Counted from the stretch's first letter, positions 1-11,928 are shown. The stretch: 64,000 bases of DNA from a bacterium (GCA_965218795.1 OZ244653.1:1024001-1088000); one strand, 5' to 3'. Program-made: numbers and translations. Notes: generated by a model not told the origin, from the sequence alone.

Positions 1-816
1 GCTGCGGGGATCCGGCGCTCGGGGATGGCCCTGACCGAGCCGGAATCCGGCTCCGACTCCGCCTCGCTGCGGACGGCCGCCCGCCTCGAAGGCGACGAGT
101 TCATCGTCAACGGGACAAAGATGTTCATCACGAACTCGGAGATGGGGACGACGTTCAGTGTATTCGTCCGGACCCACCCCGACGCATCCCTGCGCCACAA
201 GGGGATCTCCTGCCTGATCATCGAAAAGGGGATGCCGGGGTTCACCGTGGGGCGCCACCTCCACAAGCTCGGCTACCGGGGGGTACGCTCGGGAGAGCTG
301 ATTTTCCGGAATTGCCGCGTGCCGGCCGAGAACCTGATCGGCGAGGAGAACCAGGGCTTCTACTACATCATGGCGGGCCTGGAGGCCGGACGCATCAATG
401 TGGCCGCGCGCGGCGTGGGCTTGGCCCGGGCGGCGTTCGAGGATTCCATCAAGTACGCGCAGCAGCGGGTCCAGGGCGGAAAACCCATCTGCCAGCACCA
501 GACCATCCAGATCAAGCTGGCCGAAATGGCAACCCGGATCGAGGCGGCCCGCATGCTGACCTATATGTCGGCGGAAAAGCGGAACCGGGGAGAGCGGTGC
601 GATCTGGAAGCCGGCATGGCCAAGCTCTTCGCTTCGGAAACCGCCGAGTTCTGCGCGTCGGAGGGGATCCAGATCCACGGCGGCTACGGCTATATCAATG
701 AGTTCAACGTGGAGCGCTACTTCCGCGACTGCAAACTCCTGACGGTCGGCGAAGGGACCAACGAGATTCAGCGGCTCCTCATCGCCCGCCGGTTATTGGA
801 TCGATACGCCGTTTGA
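1..816 (+). CDS. Acyl-CoA dehydrogenase (5'-truncated by window edge)
   Basis: ALTEPESGSD, NGTKMFITN, QIHGGYGY and GEGTNEIQR motifs; frame open from base 1. Confidence 0.93.
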   Translation, partial: AAGIRRSGMALTEPESGSDSASLRTAARLEGDEFIVNGTKMFITNSEMGTTFSVFVRTHPDASLRHKGISCLIIEKGMPGFTVGRHLHKLGYRGVRSGELIFRNCRVPAENLIGEENQGFYYIMAGLEAGRINVAARGVGLARAAFEDSIKYAQQRVQGGKPICQHQTIQIKLAEMATRIEAARMLTYMSAEKRNRGERCDLEAGMAKLFASETAEFCASEGIQIHGGYGYINEFNVERYFRDCKLLTVGEGTNEIQRLLIARRLLDRYAV

Positions 817-840
817 GCCGCATGGCGAGGGAGAACCAGA

Positions 841-1326
841 ATGGGCGGAAGGTATCTGGAAGAATTCAAAGCCGGCGACGTCTATCAACATACCCCCGGC
901 CGCACCATCACCTCCAACGACAATACGTGGTTCACGCTCCTGACGATGAACACCCACCCCGTCCACTTCGATGAAAACTACGCGTCCAAAACGGAAATCG
1001 GAAAGATTCTGGTCAACGGTACGCTGGTGTTCTCCATGGCCGTGGGCATGAGCGTGTCCGACATGAGCGAGAAATGCATCGCGAACCTGGATTATGAAAA
1101 CATCATCCATCACGGTCCGGTCTTTAACGGCGACACGATTTATTCGGAATCCGAAGTGCTGGACGTCCGGGAATCGAAAAGCAAGCCGGACCGGGGCATC
1201 GTGTATATCGAGACCCGGGCGTTCAACCAAAATAGCGAAAAGGTGCTCACCTTCCGCCGCCACGTTCTGATCCCCAAACGCGACAGCCGTGCAGTTCCCG
1301 AGCCGTGGGGCGGCCCGGCGGAATGA
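841..1326 (+). CDS. MaoC-family (hotdog) dehydratase
   Basis: GRYLEEF, RTIT, NTHPVHFD and PVFNGDTI motifs; follows the acyl-CoA dehydrogenase. Confidence 0.9.
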   Translation: MGGRYLEEFKAGDVYQHTPGRTITSNDNTWFTLLTMNTHPVHFDENYASKTEIGKILVNGTLVFSMAVGMSVSDMSEKCIANLDYENIIHHGPVFNGDTIYSESEVLDVRESKSKPDRGIVYIETRAFNQNSEKVLTFRRHVLIPKRDSRAVPEPWGGPAE

Positions 1327-1350
1327 TCCGTTGTCGAGCGCAGGACGGTC

Positions 1351-2151
1351 TCAATTCTGACTTCCTGCGGCCTTGTAATGCTTCATCGCCTCGGGCAGCC
1401 AGCCTTCGATGTCCTTGATTCGGGTATCGTGGGAGGGGTGGGTCGAGAGGAACTCGGGGGGCTGTTTGCCCTGAGAAGCCTCCTTCATCCGGGTCCAGAA
1501 CCCCTTGGCCGCTCGCGGATCATAGCCCGCCCTGGCCATGTAGATGAGGCCCAGACGGTCGGCTTCCGACTCCTGCGCCCGGCCGAACGGCAGGATGATC
1601 CCCACTGTTGCGCCGGCCCCCAAAAGGGCGATGACGTTTCGGGTGGTCGGGGAGTTCCTATCGTTCAGAGCAATCATGACGGCCGTAAGACCTATTTGGA
1701 CCAGCAGGCCCCGGCTCACCCGTTCTCCGCCGTGACGGGCGGTGGCGTGGGCCACTTCGTGTCCCATCACCGCGGCCAGACCCGCTTCGTCCTGGGTCAC
1801 GGGCAGGATCCCCGTATAGACGGCCACCTTCCCGCCGGGGAGGGCGAAGGCGTTGATCATTTTGTCGTTTTCGACGACCTTGAACTCCCACTGGTAGTCG
1901 TCGCGCCCCGTGGCTGCGGCAATGCGCCGGCCCACGCGCCGAACCAGGGCGTTCAGCTTCGAATCGCTCGATATCTTTTCCTTGGCCAGGATGTCCCGGT
2001 AGGCCTTTGCGCCCATCTTGATCTCGTCCGGTTCCGAAAGCAGGAGGAACTGGCTGCGCCCCGTGTGGGGAACGGTGGTGCAAGCACCGAGGAAAAACAC
2101 GAGAGCCGTCAGAAGGGCGGGAACCCATTGTTGCCTGGGACGGATGGACAT
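1351..2151 (-). CDS. M48-family zinc metallopeptidase, lipoprotein
   Basis: Lipobox LGAC, NAFALPGG, HEVAH (HExxH), QESEAD, FLSTHP. Confidence 0.92.
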   Translation of the reverse strand: MSIRPRQQWVPALLTALVFFLGACTTVPHTGRSQFLLLSEPDEIKMGAKAYRDILAKEKISSDSKLNALVRRVGRRIAAATGRDDYQWEFKVVENDKMINAFALPGGKVAVYTGILPVTQDEAGLAAVMGHEVAHATARHGGERVSRGLLVQIGLTAVMIALNDRNSPTTRNVIALLGAGATVGIILPFGRAQESEADRLGLIYMARAGYDPRAAKGFWTRMKEASQGKQPPEFLSTHPSHDTRIKDIEGWLPEAMKHYKAAGSQN

Positions 2152-2228
2152 ACGGACCTCCCCGAAAGGCGTTGACCTCCTCATACAATATAGGCTGCGT
2201 AGTCTGTCTCAGCGATCTTCCGGCCGCG

Positions 2229-3113
2229 TCACAGTGACACAACCCCCGCCAGAAGCGCCCGGGTCACGTTCGTCAAAAACGTGTAATCCAGCGTATCGGG
2301 CGTGTCCGTGGGCTGGTGGTAATGTGGATTTCTCAGGGGGACCGTGTCCGTGAGCATGAGCGCCGGATATCCCCGGTCCCAGAAGGGCGCGTGATCGCTC
2401 CACCGGGTCATGGGCAGGAGGCGGCCGCTGAACGGGGCCTGGTACGAAACCGTCTCCAGCGCCGGCGCGTATTCATGGGTCAGCGTTCCGAAGCGGTGTA
2501 TGAGTTTCCGGCTCCTGCGGTTGGCGACAACGCAAAGAAACGTCCCCGTATCCGGCACCGGAACGGCCGCGCGAAGAGGAACCCGCTGGCTTCCGAAACG
2601 CGAATCCGTATATCCAACCGACTCCAGGATAAAAACCCCTTCATAACTTTTCCCTTGGCCGCAGACCTGTTTTACAAAATGGCGGCTCCCGTGGCGAAAG
2701 CGGCCGTCCGCCCCGTGCTGGGGTTCTTCCAGCGTAAAACCGACAAGCTCAACGGTCCGGGCGGTCGGGTTTTGCGCCAGTATCCGGGCAACGGCCAACA
2801 GGGCGGCCACACCGCTTGCGTTGTCATCCGCCCCGGGCGTTCCCTTCATCCCATCATAGTGCGCTCCGATCAGAAAAGGATGGCTTTCCTTTCCGGCGCA
2901 CTCGGCCACGACATTGAAATAGGTGCGCCCTCTGTAGCGGAACTCGTCGCGTCGGACCGCAAGGCCAAACCCCTCGAGCCGGTCGATCAGCAGCTCCCCC
3001 TTGACTTCGAGTTCTCCGGGATTGAGCCGGCCGTGGCGAAGCCCGGAGAATTCCTCCACCCACCGGCGAATCTCCTCCTGTTCAACCTGCTGTATCAGCT
3101 CTTCCCGGTCCAA
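2229..3113 (-). CDS. M28-family peptidase
   Basis: IGAHYD, GADDNASG, LEE, SDHAPFW, YHQPTD. Confidence 0.9.
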   Translation of the reverse strand: MDREELIQQVEQEEIRRWVEEFSGLRHGRLNPGELEVKGELLIDRLEGFGLAVRRDEFRYRGRTYFNVVAECAGKESHPFLIGAHYDGMKGTPGADDNASGVAALLAVARILAQNPTARTVELVGFTLEEPQHGADGRFRHGSRHFVKQVCGQGKSYEGVFILESVGYTDSRFGSQRVPLRAAVPVPDTGTFLCVVANRRSRKLIHRFGTLTHEYAPALETVSYQAPFSGRLLPMTRWSDHAPFWDRGYPALMLTDTVPLRNPHYHQPTDTPDTLDYTFLTNVTRALLAGVVSL

Positions 3114-3673
3114 GAGGGTCCGCCTTCAAGGCTGCTTTTGAGGGGGCTTCCGGCCCTCGAGATCTCCCACCCTTTCCGCTCGTCCTCAGTGACGACGGGT
3201 GATCGGCCGAGAAAGTGTATGTAGTGGGCCATATCCCAAATCTCGTCGTCATCCAGAACCAGAATGTACGACGGCATCGGGGTTCCATCCATTCCCGTGT
3301 AAACCGTCCGAAAGATGTCGCGGGGAGTCGGTCCGCTGTTGAGCGGCCTGCGGGTCAGGTCCGCCGGTTTGACAGACAGGTCCTTGGCGGACGGGCCGTG
3401 CCCCATGCCCTCGGGTCCGTGGCACGTGTCGCATTCCCCCTTCCAATAAGCCTTGCGGCCGCGGGTCAGAGTTTCCGGCGTGCGCGAGGGTTCAGGAGGA
3501 ATCTCAAGGGGCTGCGGGGGCGGCTCCTCTGAGAACTCCGAGGAGAAGGCCTTGATGTACCGGACAACGGCCATGATCTCCCTTTCGCTCAAGAGGAGAA
3601 GAAGGGCCTTCGAACGCTTGGGATGGATCGAGGGCGACACGGATAACCACGGTGCCGGAGGCTTCAACGCCAC
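3095..3673 (-). pseudogene. c-type cytochrome, probably an N-terminally truncated multi-domain cytochrome
   Basis: CDTCHG heme motif and GTPMPSY axial Met; upstream LSEREIMAVVRYIK looks like the tail of a lost first domain; no signal peptide. Confidence 0.6.
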
Positions 3674-3685
3674 GACCGGACATGG

Positions 3686-4462
<777 letters not shown>

Positions 4463-4486
4463 GTCGTTCCCTCGAGAATCGCTCTG

Positions 4487-5326
4487 CTAGAGCTGTGAGC
4501 CCTCTTCTTCTTCCAGGTACCAGGGCGAGAGCAGCCGTTCAATCCCGGCGACCACGCCGAACAATCCCACGCCCAGGACCGAGAGGATCACGATGGCCCC
4601 GAAACCCAGCGAGGTATTCATCCGGGCGCTGGCGGAGAGGATCAAGAACCCCAAGCCCGAGTCCGAGCCCACGAATTCGCCGATCACCGCACCGATGACC
4701 GCGAAGGCGATGGCGATCTTCACCCCGGCGAAGAAATGCGGCAGGGCCATGGGAAAGCGGACCTTGATCAGAACCTGCCACCAGCTCGCCCGCAGGATGC
4801 GCGACATCTCCAGCATCTCCGGCGGAATGAGCGTCAGTCCGGTGGCCATGTTGACCACCATGGGGAAGAAAGCCACCAGGAAGGCAACCGTAATAATGGG
4901 CCAGACGTTGATGCCGAGCCACACCAGCAGGATGGGGGCGAGGGCGACCTTGGGAACGGACTGCGTCACAACGAGGAGCGGGTACACGGTGTTTCGGAGA
5001 AAGGGCGAAGAAATGATGACGACGGCCAGGAACACGCCCAGGATCACGGCGGCGATAAAGCCCAAAAACGTCTCATAGAACGTCACCCAGATGTGCTTCG
5101 GCAGGACGGTCCACCAATCCCCCAGTTCGAAATAAATCTTGGACGGCGCGGGCAGGAGCCAGATCGGGAGGGCGAAGATCCGGACGGCGAGCTCCCAGAT
5201 GACAAAGATTGCCAAGAGCGTCAGCGTGGGCCCGATGTACTTCTCGGTGATGGCGCCCATTCTCATTCGGAATCCGGTCCTCTCTCCAGGCCCCGGCCGG
5301 GGAGCTTGCGCTTCCGCGAGCGTCAC
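4487..5326 (-). CDS. NitT/TauT-family ABC transporter permease
   Basis: Hydrophobic helices, LPAPS, PKVALAP, GEFVGSDSGLG. Confidence 0.93.
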   Translation of the reverse strand: MTLAEAQAPRPGPGERTGFRMRMGAITEKYIGPTLTLLAIFVIWELAVRIFALPIWLLPAPSKIYFELGDWWTVLPKHIWVTFYETFLGFIAAVILGVFLAVVIISSPFLRNTVYPLLVVTQSVPKVALAPILLVWLGINVWPIITVAFLVAFFPMVVNMATGLTLIPPEMLEMSRILRASWWQVLIKVRFPMALPHFFAGVKIAIAFAVIGAVIGEFVGSDSGLGFLILSASARMNTSLGFGAIVILSVLGVGLFGVVAGIERLLSPWYLEEEEGSQL

Positions 5327-5351
5327 GCGCGCCCGGGTGCCGTGGCGGAAA

Positions 5352-5381
5352 GGGGGACGAGTCCGATCGGACCCGTCCCCC
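5352..5381. terminator. Intergenic GC-rich hairpin between binding-protein and permease genes (mRNA stabiliser or attenuator)
   Basis: GGGGGACG-AGTCCGATCGGACC-CGTCCCCC inverted repeat. Confidence 0.55.
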
Positions 5382-5398
5382 CTCGGTTCGATTGCAGT

Positions 5399-6412
5399 TT
5401 ACTGGGGGATCATGATCTTCGGATTGAACTGATTGGTGTAGACGTCCTCCGGCTTGACCTCTGGCTTGAGTTTCAGGTACTTCCGCATGGTTTGAATGGT
5501 CTGGACGATTTTTGCGCGATCCATGTAGCCCATCCCGTTCTTCAGGGCCTCCGGGGAGGACATCATCTGCTTCACCAAAACCATCTCACCAAGACCGGCT
5601 TCCCGGTCCACCTGGGGGTTGAGTTTCCGGTGGATGTCGATGGCCTCTTGGGGGTTTTTGAAGGCGTACTCCATGCCCTGGAAGGTCGCCTTCAGGAACC
5701 GCCGGACTTGGTCGGGCTTTCCGGCGACGGTCTTATCCGGTGCGAGGAGACTGTTGGAATAGAACTTCATACCGCCATCGGAGTACAGGAAATACTTGGC
5801 CTTCAGCCCCTTGGTCGCCCCGAGCTTGTTGAGCAGAACGGTGTTGAAGATGTACTCCGTCATCGCGTCCACCCGCTTGCTCAGGAGCAGTTGGTTCAGC
5901 GTGTCGCCCTTCACCAGCTTTTTGTCGACCTTCCCCGCAATCCCGGACGCCTGCTCGAAACCCTCGAACATCTTGGTTGTCGAAGCGCCGGCGGCCTGGG
6001 CCAGGGTCCGGCCCGCCAGGTCGGAGGGCTTCATGATCCCCGATCCCGCCAGGTAGTGGACAGCGTGGGGCGTCTTGGCGTAGACCACCCCGATCGCCTT
6101 GACGGGCACCTTGTCGTTCCCCCTCGAGAGCACCAGGGCCCCCATGTCGGCAAGGGTATAGTCCGACTGGCCCTGGGCCATGAGGGCGACCGCCTTGACG
6201 GAGCCGAATCCCCGCTTGACGACGGCGTCGATGCCGTTCTGCTTGTAGAAGCCCTTGCCAACGGCCGTGAAATAGCCGGTGTGCCGCCCGAAGATGACCC
6301 AATCCAGATTGAAACGGATCTTGTCCGCCGCCTGGGATTGCGTGCTGAACCCAAGCATCAGACAGATGGTCACCGCTCCCAAAAAAAGGGAGATTATTCT
6401 GCGCATCTTCAT
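5399..6412 (-). CDS. ABC substrate-binding protein, NMT1/THI5-like
   Basis: Signal peptide (SQA-AD), LDW...H.GYF..KGFY..GID, GFGS, YTNQF. Confidence 0.9.
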   Translation of the reverse strand: MKMRRIISLFLGAVTICLMLGFSTQSQAADKIRFNLDWVIFGRHTGYFTAVGKGFYKQNGIDAVVKRGFGSVKAVALMAQGQSDYTLADMGALVLSRGNDKVPVKAIGVVYAKTPHAVHYLAGSGIMKPSDLAGRTLAQAAGASTTKMFEGFEQASGIAGKVDKKLVKGDTLNQLLLSKRVDAMTEYIFNTVLLNKLGATKGLKAKYFLYSDGGMKFYSNSLLAPDKTVAGKPDQVRRFLKATFQGMEYAFKNPQEAIDIHRKLNPQVDREAGLGEMVLVKQMMSSPEALKNGMGYMDRAKIVQTIQTMRKYLKLKPEVKPEDVYTNQFNPKIMIPQ

Positions 6413-7098
6413 TTTTCTTTTCCTCCATCATGAAATTTCAAGCAGACTACGCTTCGGGACGTTGTAATCTGCAACGCCACGCCCAATCTCCCCCGACAAC
6501 CCGGTTCCGCATCCTGCCCAGCCTTTCCAGAATCCCAGGCCGACCGGATACCCCCTTGTGAATTCGTCATTCTCCAATGGAATGAGCCTTCGTTTGGAAT
6601 GGGCAGATCTCACTTTAACCTAAATTCTGTGTATTTCAAATAGGAAAACGGATGACAATGTGTAATCGACAAACATGAGCTGAGGGAGTATCATGGTCAC
6701 CGGTACGCCAGCCTTTTCGCGAATCAAGATATAATTTCAATTCAGGAACTCTGTGGCGCCTTGGTCGGATGCTCGCCTTCCTAGCGGAAGCCTCCGGCCA
6801 GAGAAGTCCAAGTTCGCGCCGCTGCAAGAGCACACAGCCAGCCAGACTCCCCTTCCCCGCGAGCAGGACGAGCCGAAAGCTCGGCCGCCGGAAGTTTTCG
6901 AGGGGGGGACAGCTTTCCAAAATGCCCCCCCAGGCTTTTCGGCTTTGGCCGTCTGCTCAAGGTCTGCCTACCGAGAATGGGGCATCGAATCCGGGGATGA
7001 CTGAGATGGCCCCGCCTTGATCTGCACCTTCCCTTAACGATAGAATTTTCTTCATTGGGGAAGTCGCATCTCATCGCCCCGATCCTGGGAGAGGCGTC

Positions 7099-8142
7099 AT
7101 GGACGAGACCCAACTGTGGCCGGCTTTGCGTGAGTACTGGCACCCGGTCTGCTGGTCCAAAGAGGCGACGGACAAGCCCCTGGCCGTCCAGCTGCTCGAT
7201 GAGCGCATCGCCGTCTGCTGCATCAACGGCCGATTTCGCGCGTTTCGTGACCTCTGCATCCATCGCGGCACGCCCATCTCGCTGGGGTGGGTCGAGGGCG
7301 AACGGATTGTCTGCGCCTACCACGGCTGGTCGTACGACGGGGCGGGCAAGTGTACGCGCATCCCCTCCGTCCCACCCGAACACCCCATCCCGAAAAAAGC
7401 CTGCCTGACGACCTATCCGGCCCAGGAAGCCTACGGGATGGTATGGGTCTGCCTGTCGGACACGCCCCGCGCGCCCATTCCGGAGTTCCCCCAGTACGAC
7501 GACCCCGGCTTCAAGATCTTCTTCCGGCAGCGGAAGTACTGGAAGTGCAGCGCCGCCCGCTCCATCGAGAATTTCGTCGATTTCGGGCACTTCGCCTGGG
7601 TGCACACGGGCATCCTGGGCGACCGGGACCATCCCGAAGTCCCGCACGTGGAGATCCGGCGGGAGGGCGAGTCGCTGCGGTTCGGGATTCAGCAGCATCC
7701 CGACGGGATGCATCCCGTCCCCCACACGCGCAATTACCGCGTGACCCGTCCATTCACCATCCACCAGTGGAAGGTGGAGGAGAACGGAAACACCGAGGTC
7801 TATCTCTATCCGGTCACGCCGCACACAATCAACGAGAGCACGCGGTATGAGCTCATCGGCCGGAACTATGACATGGACGAACCCGAGGTGAAGCACGGCC
7901 CGGTCTGGGTGGAGCAGTACGACATGTGGATGGACGATGAAAATTATAAGGGCGAGATCCCGGGGTTCGCCGTCCGGTCGAACACCATCGCGGACCAGGA
8001 CGAGCCCATCGTCAACAACCAGCGCCCCTGGGAGTTGCCGCTGGATTTAAGCGAGGAGCTCCATCTCAAAGGTCCCGACGCCGTGGCCGTCGCCTACCGG
8101 CGGTTCATGAGGGAGCTGGGGGTCGACGTGGACGCCGGCTAG
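7099..8142 (+). CDS. Rieske non-heme iron oxygenase alpha subunit (VanA/NdmA demethylase-like)
   Basis: Rieske C-x-H...C-x2-H (CIHRG, CAYHGW); mononuclear Fe ENFVDFGHFAWVH; QD. Confidence 0.92.
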   Translation: MDETQLWPALREYWHPVCWSKEATDKPLAVQLLDERIAVCCINGRFRAFRDLCIHRGTPISLGWVEGERIVCAYHGWSYDGAGKCTRIPSVPPEHPIPKKACLTTYPAQEAYGMVWVCLSDTPRAPIPEFPQYDDPGFKIFFRQRKYWKCSAARSIENFVDFGHFAWVHTGILGDRDHPEVPHVEIRREGESLRFGIQQHPDGMHPVPHTRNYRVTRPFTIHQWKVEENGNTEVYLYPVTPHTINESTRYELIGRNYDMDEPEVKHGPVWVEQYDMWMDDENYKGEIPGFAVRSNTIADQDEPIVNNQRPWELPLDLSEELHLKGPDAVAVAYRRFMRELGVDVDAG

Positions 8143-8956
8143 GGCCTATTACCACTAGCGCAGGGCATCGACGATGAGTGCGAACAGGATGAACCCGAGG
8201 TACAGGGCGTCGAGCTTCTCGAAACGGGAGAAGATCCGCCGAAAGCCCTTCAATCGCCGGAACAGACGCTCGATCTCGTTGCGCCTCTTGTACGCCTCCC
8301 GGTCGTACGCCCGGGGATCGTGCCGGGTTCTAAGAGGCGGAACCACAGGCGTGTACCCCAGCGCCAAGGCCAGTTGGCGTGTCTCGCTGCCCTCGTATGC
8401 GCGATCCATCACCAGGGACGGGTTGCCGTGCCGCCGACCCAGGCGGTTCAGCAGCTTGCGCCCTTCCGGCGCATCGTGAGCCTGTCCGGGCGACAGCGAG
8501 AAGGTCAGGGCCGTTCGAGCATCCGCGGCAACCAGATGAATCCTGGTGGTCCACCCGCCCCGGGACTGGCCGATGGACTGGGGGCCGTTTTTTGCAGCGC
8601 ACCCGTACCGTCGGGATGGACCTTGACGATGGTGCTGTCCAGCGACACCGCTTCGAGCTTGATGCGCATGATCCGTTCCCGCTGCAACTGCTCGAAGACC
8701 CGGTCGAGCACCCCGTTCCTGGACCAGCGGTTCATCCGGGTGTAGATGGTGTGCCAGTTGCCGAACCGGGTCGGCAGCCCCCGCCACTTGCAGCCATGCT
8801 CGGCGACGTACAGGATGGCGTTGAGCACTTGCAGGTTCGACACGCTGACGTTGCCGCGCTGCACCGGCAGGGAGGGCGCAATGCGTTCGTACTGAGCTTG
8901 GGTGATCTCCATCCGCAAAGGATAACATGATCTCAATCATTAGCGCTAACAGGCCC
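8142..8956 (-). mobile_element. IS5-family (IS427-like) insertion sequence
   Basis: Imperfect 16-bp IRs GGGCCTATTACCACTA / TAGCGCTAACAGGCCC (13/16), TA on both flanks. Confidence 0.88.
8155..8912 (-). CDS. IS5-family transposase in two frames joined by a probable -1 frameshift
   Basis: orfA GCKWRGLP..FGNWHTIY and DSTIVKVH; orfB SRGGWTTRIH, DRAYE, RNEIERLFRRLK; A6C slippery run at 8587-8593. Confidence 0.88.
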
Positions 8957-8997
8957 TAACCCCCAAAACCAGCGACACGAATAAGGAGTCTGGTCAG

Positions 8998-9387
8998 ATG
9001 GGATCCTTTCATCACGATCACGTCCATTACCGTACCACCGAAGTTCCCGCGATGGTTGATTTCTTCACGCGGATATTCGACGCCGAGGTGTTCTCCGAAG
9101 CCGAAACCGACGGGTGGCCGTTCATCCGATTACGGTTGGGCGACATCAACATTACGGTCTCGGGTCCTCCCAAGGGAGTCACTGAATTGCATCCCACCGA
9201 GGGGAAAATACTGCGCGGCGTCGATCACCTGGCGTTGGGCGTCGATGACTTGGATGCCGTTGCGGCCGATCTGAAGACCCGGGGCGCGAAGTTCATCACC
9301 GAACCGACACAGTCCGGCCCCAATTTGAAAATATCTTTCATCGAGGGCCCCGAGGGAATCCGCGTCGAAGTCCTGCAGAGAATGTAA
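8998..9387 (+). CDS. VOC/glyoxalase-family protein
   Basis: HDHVH, DHLALGVDDL, FIEGPEGIRVE. Confidence 0.88.
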   Translation: MGSFHHDHVHYRTTEVPAMVDFFTRIFDAEVFSEAETDGWPFIRLRLGDINITVSGPPKGVTELHPTEGKILRGVDHLALGVDDLDAVAADLKTRGAKFITEPTQSGPNLKISFIEGPEGIRVEVLQRM

Positions 9388-9520
9388 GCGGGCGGGCGGC
9401 GGACGGCGCTGTTCCGTATCCGCTTCATGATCCGCCCGCCGGCGAGATGCGAAGTCCACGGCTCGGGATCGACCGCCGTTTCGCCGGTCTCCCGATGCGG
9501 TCAGTCCTTTTCGGAACGGC

Positions 9521-10401
9521 ATGTCGGGCGGGATCCCCGTGGAGCAAATCACTTCCCACGTCCATATCTCCACCGAGCACGGGGCTTGTACGGTCGGCGC
9601 CATTCAGTCCTCCGGCGGAGTCGTCCTCATCGACTCCCCGAACCGCGCCACCGGCGCCTTGCAATGGCGGGAGGAGATCGAACGCCTCGGGCCGGTCCGT
9701 TACCTCATCAACACCGAGCACCACGTCGATCACGTTTTCGGGAATTACTTCCTTCCGGGCACCATCATCTCGAACCATTACAACAAACAGAATTTTTATC
9801 AGGAAGGCTTCCACGGGACGAAAAGCGCCGAAGGCCCCAGCCGTCTCCTGGACCCCGAAGGCTACATGCGGGACGAAGACCCGGAAAAGGGCTCGCGCTG
9901 GTATCCGATTACCGGCCTCGGGAGCCTGAGATCGTTTATCGGGGCGGCTTGACGCTCTGTCTCGGAGACCTGACGATTGACGCCCTCGAGACGGCCGGTC
10001 ACATGCCCGCCAACACCATCGTCTATGTGCGCGAAGACCGCACCCTCTTTACCGGGGACAATGTATTTCACAATGTGATGACCTGGTTTCACGAGTCCGT
10101 TCCGCTGAAATGGCTGGAGACCCTCGACCGCCTTCGCGCAATGCCGATTGATGTGGTTGTGCCGGGCCACGGCAAGGCCGGCGGTCCGGAACTCATCGAC
10201 GCAATGAAAATCGTCGTGTCGACGGCCGTGGAGCGGGTTCAGTCGGCGATTGACTCGGGGATGACGCGGGAAGAGACCACCGAACGAATCAGCTTTGAGG
10301 ACCTGCAGCCCGTTCTGAAGCGTCTCCGGCACCGGCTCCCCGGCCTCCAGCGGATTTTCGTCGGGCGGGTCTACGATCAACTACAGGCACAGGACGCCTG
10401 A
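9521..10401 (+). pseudogene. MBL-fold metallo-hydrolase with a frameshift near 9907
   Basis: LINTEHHVDH in the 5' frame; GH, FTGD and VPGHG in the 3' frame; adding one G (ccgat to ccggat) fuses them. Confidence 0.8.
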
Positions 10402-10416
10402 GAAGGCGGGAGCGGG

Positions 10417-11004
10417 ATGACGCCCTCAGACCCTCAAGATGTTTTCGATCGGTTCGTGGCGGAAGTCTCTACCGGTTTGGCCAAGGCTGGAACCCCTGAA
10501 GCGGTCACCCTCATGGTGGAGGAATCCCTGGCGCGAATTCTTCCGGATTCATCCTGGTTGGCGGAGGAACACCGGAAGCCGTCCGGCGAGGGATTCACCC
10601 GGAGCCTCATATTTCGACACCCGGAGCTCGGCTTCGCGGTGGTGGCCACGGTTTGGAGTCCAGGTCAGGGAACCCCTGTCCACGATCACGGCGGCATATG
10701 GGGAGTCGAGGGGGTGGTGGAAGGAACCGTCCGAATTCGACAGTTCAATCCGGTCAGCGGCGAGGAGCCCGCCGGAAGGATTCACATTCGCCAGGAACGA
10801 GAATACACGGCCCGATTGGGTGACATCGAGCGCTTGGTTCCAGGCTCGGATCATCACCAAATGGAAAATGCTGGCGACATGCCGGCCGTCACGGTTCACG
10901 TTTTCGGTGACTATCCCTTGAAACCCCGGGTTTACGAAGACGCAGAGGACGGCACGTTCTTCCTGGCCGTTCAGAACCGCCGGTGGGAAGAGATCGGAGA
11001 TTGA
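10417..11004 (+). CDS. Cysteine dioxygenase-like cupin
   Basis: WSPGQGTPVHDH, HHQMEN, TVHVF. Confidence 0.85.
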   Translation: MTPSDPQDVFDRFVAEVSTGLAKAGTPEAVTLMVEESLARILPDSSWLAEEHRKPSGEGFTRSLIFRHPELGFAVVATVWSPGQGTPVHDHGGIWGVEGVVEGTVRIRQFNPVSGEEPAGRIHIRQEREYTARLGDIERLVPGSDHHQMENAGDMPAVTVHVFGDYPLKPRVYEDAEDGTFFLAVQNRRWEEIGD

Positions 11005-11523
11005 AGGCCGGCCGGATGGGTTCGGTCGAGGGGGGTTTGTCCTGCCTGAAGACGGGACGCCGGGCTCCGAATGCAACCGCTCGGACGGGAAGGATTCGGC
11101 GGACTCAAGTCCAGTTCAAGAGGGATTGATGCGGCAGACCTTTAAAGGTTACCCGTAAAGTAAAGGCTCACGAATGTCACGGCCACGATGAGTCTCAACA
11201 TCAGCCGGAGAAACCGATCCCCAGCTCATTTCGGCCAAAGGAGCGACTCTGATGGATCGCCATCTGTTCGCGCTCAATGCCGGAGAGTCTCTTTCGTCGC
11301 TGCTTGAAAGTGACCCGATCAGAGGACTGCGGACGGCGGCCGGACCCGGATTTCGATCCCTTTCGGCGTGGCCCGTCTGACTGCGGGCGTTGTGCTTACG
11401 CTGATTCACGATCTATTCTCACAAAAACAATATTCGATTCCTACGAACATCCGGCCCTATATACGACCATCAATAAAGGACTTACCTCACGGACTCACCA
11501 AATACCACACAAAGGAAATTCGG

Positions 11524-11928
11524 ATGACCCAGCGAGCCGACGATCCATCCGGTTCAAAGCGTGTTTCTTTCAAGGAGGCAGAGTTTCCCCAGATCGATTG
11601 TGTAACCAACGATTATGCCGGACGGGACTATGAAGTGAAATTCTCCATACCCGAGTTCACTTGTGTGTGTCCCGTGACCGGTCAGCCGGATTTCGCTGAG
11701 TTTCGTATTTCTTATACCCCCGGCGAAGTGCTCATAGAGTTGAAGTCGCTGAAGCTCTACATCCATTCTTATCGGAACGTCGGAATTCATCATGAGTCGG
11801 CCACAAACAAGATCCTTGATGATCTTGTTGCAGCCTGCATGCCACGGCGGATGGAGGTGGTTGGCGACTTCTCGGTCCGGGGAGGGATCAAGACAATCGT
11901 TCGCGCTTCCTACCCGGAAGTGAAGTAA
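11524..11928 (+). CDS. queF: NADPH-dependent 7-cyano-7-deazaguanine (preQ0) reductase, unimodular
   Basis: PEFTCVCPVTGQPDFA and QueF motif ELKSLKLY; HE; RGGI. Confidence 0.93.
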   Translation: MTQRADDPSGSKRVSFKEAEFPQIDCVTNDYAGRDYEVKFSIPEFTCVCPVTGQPDFAEFRISYTPGEVLIELKSLKLYIHSYRNVGIHHESATNKILDDLVAACMPRRMEVVGDFSVRGGIKTIVRASYPEVK

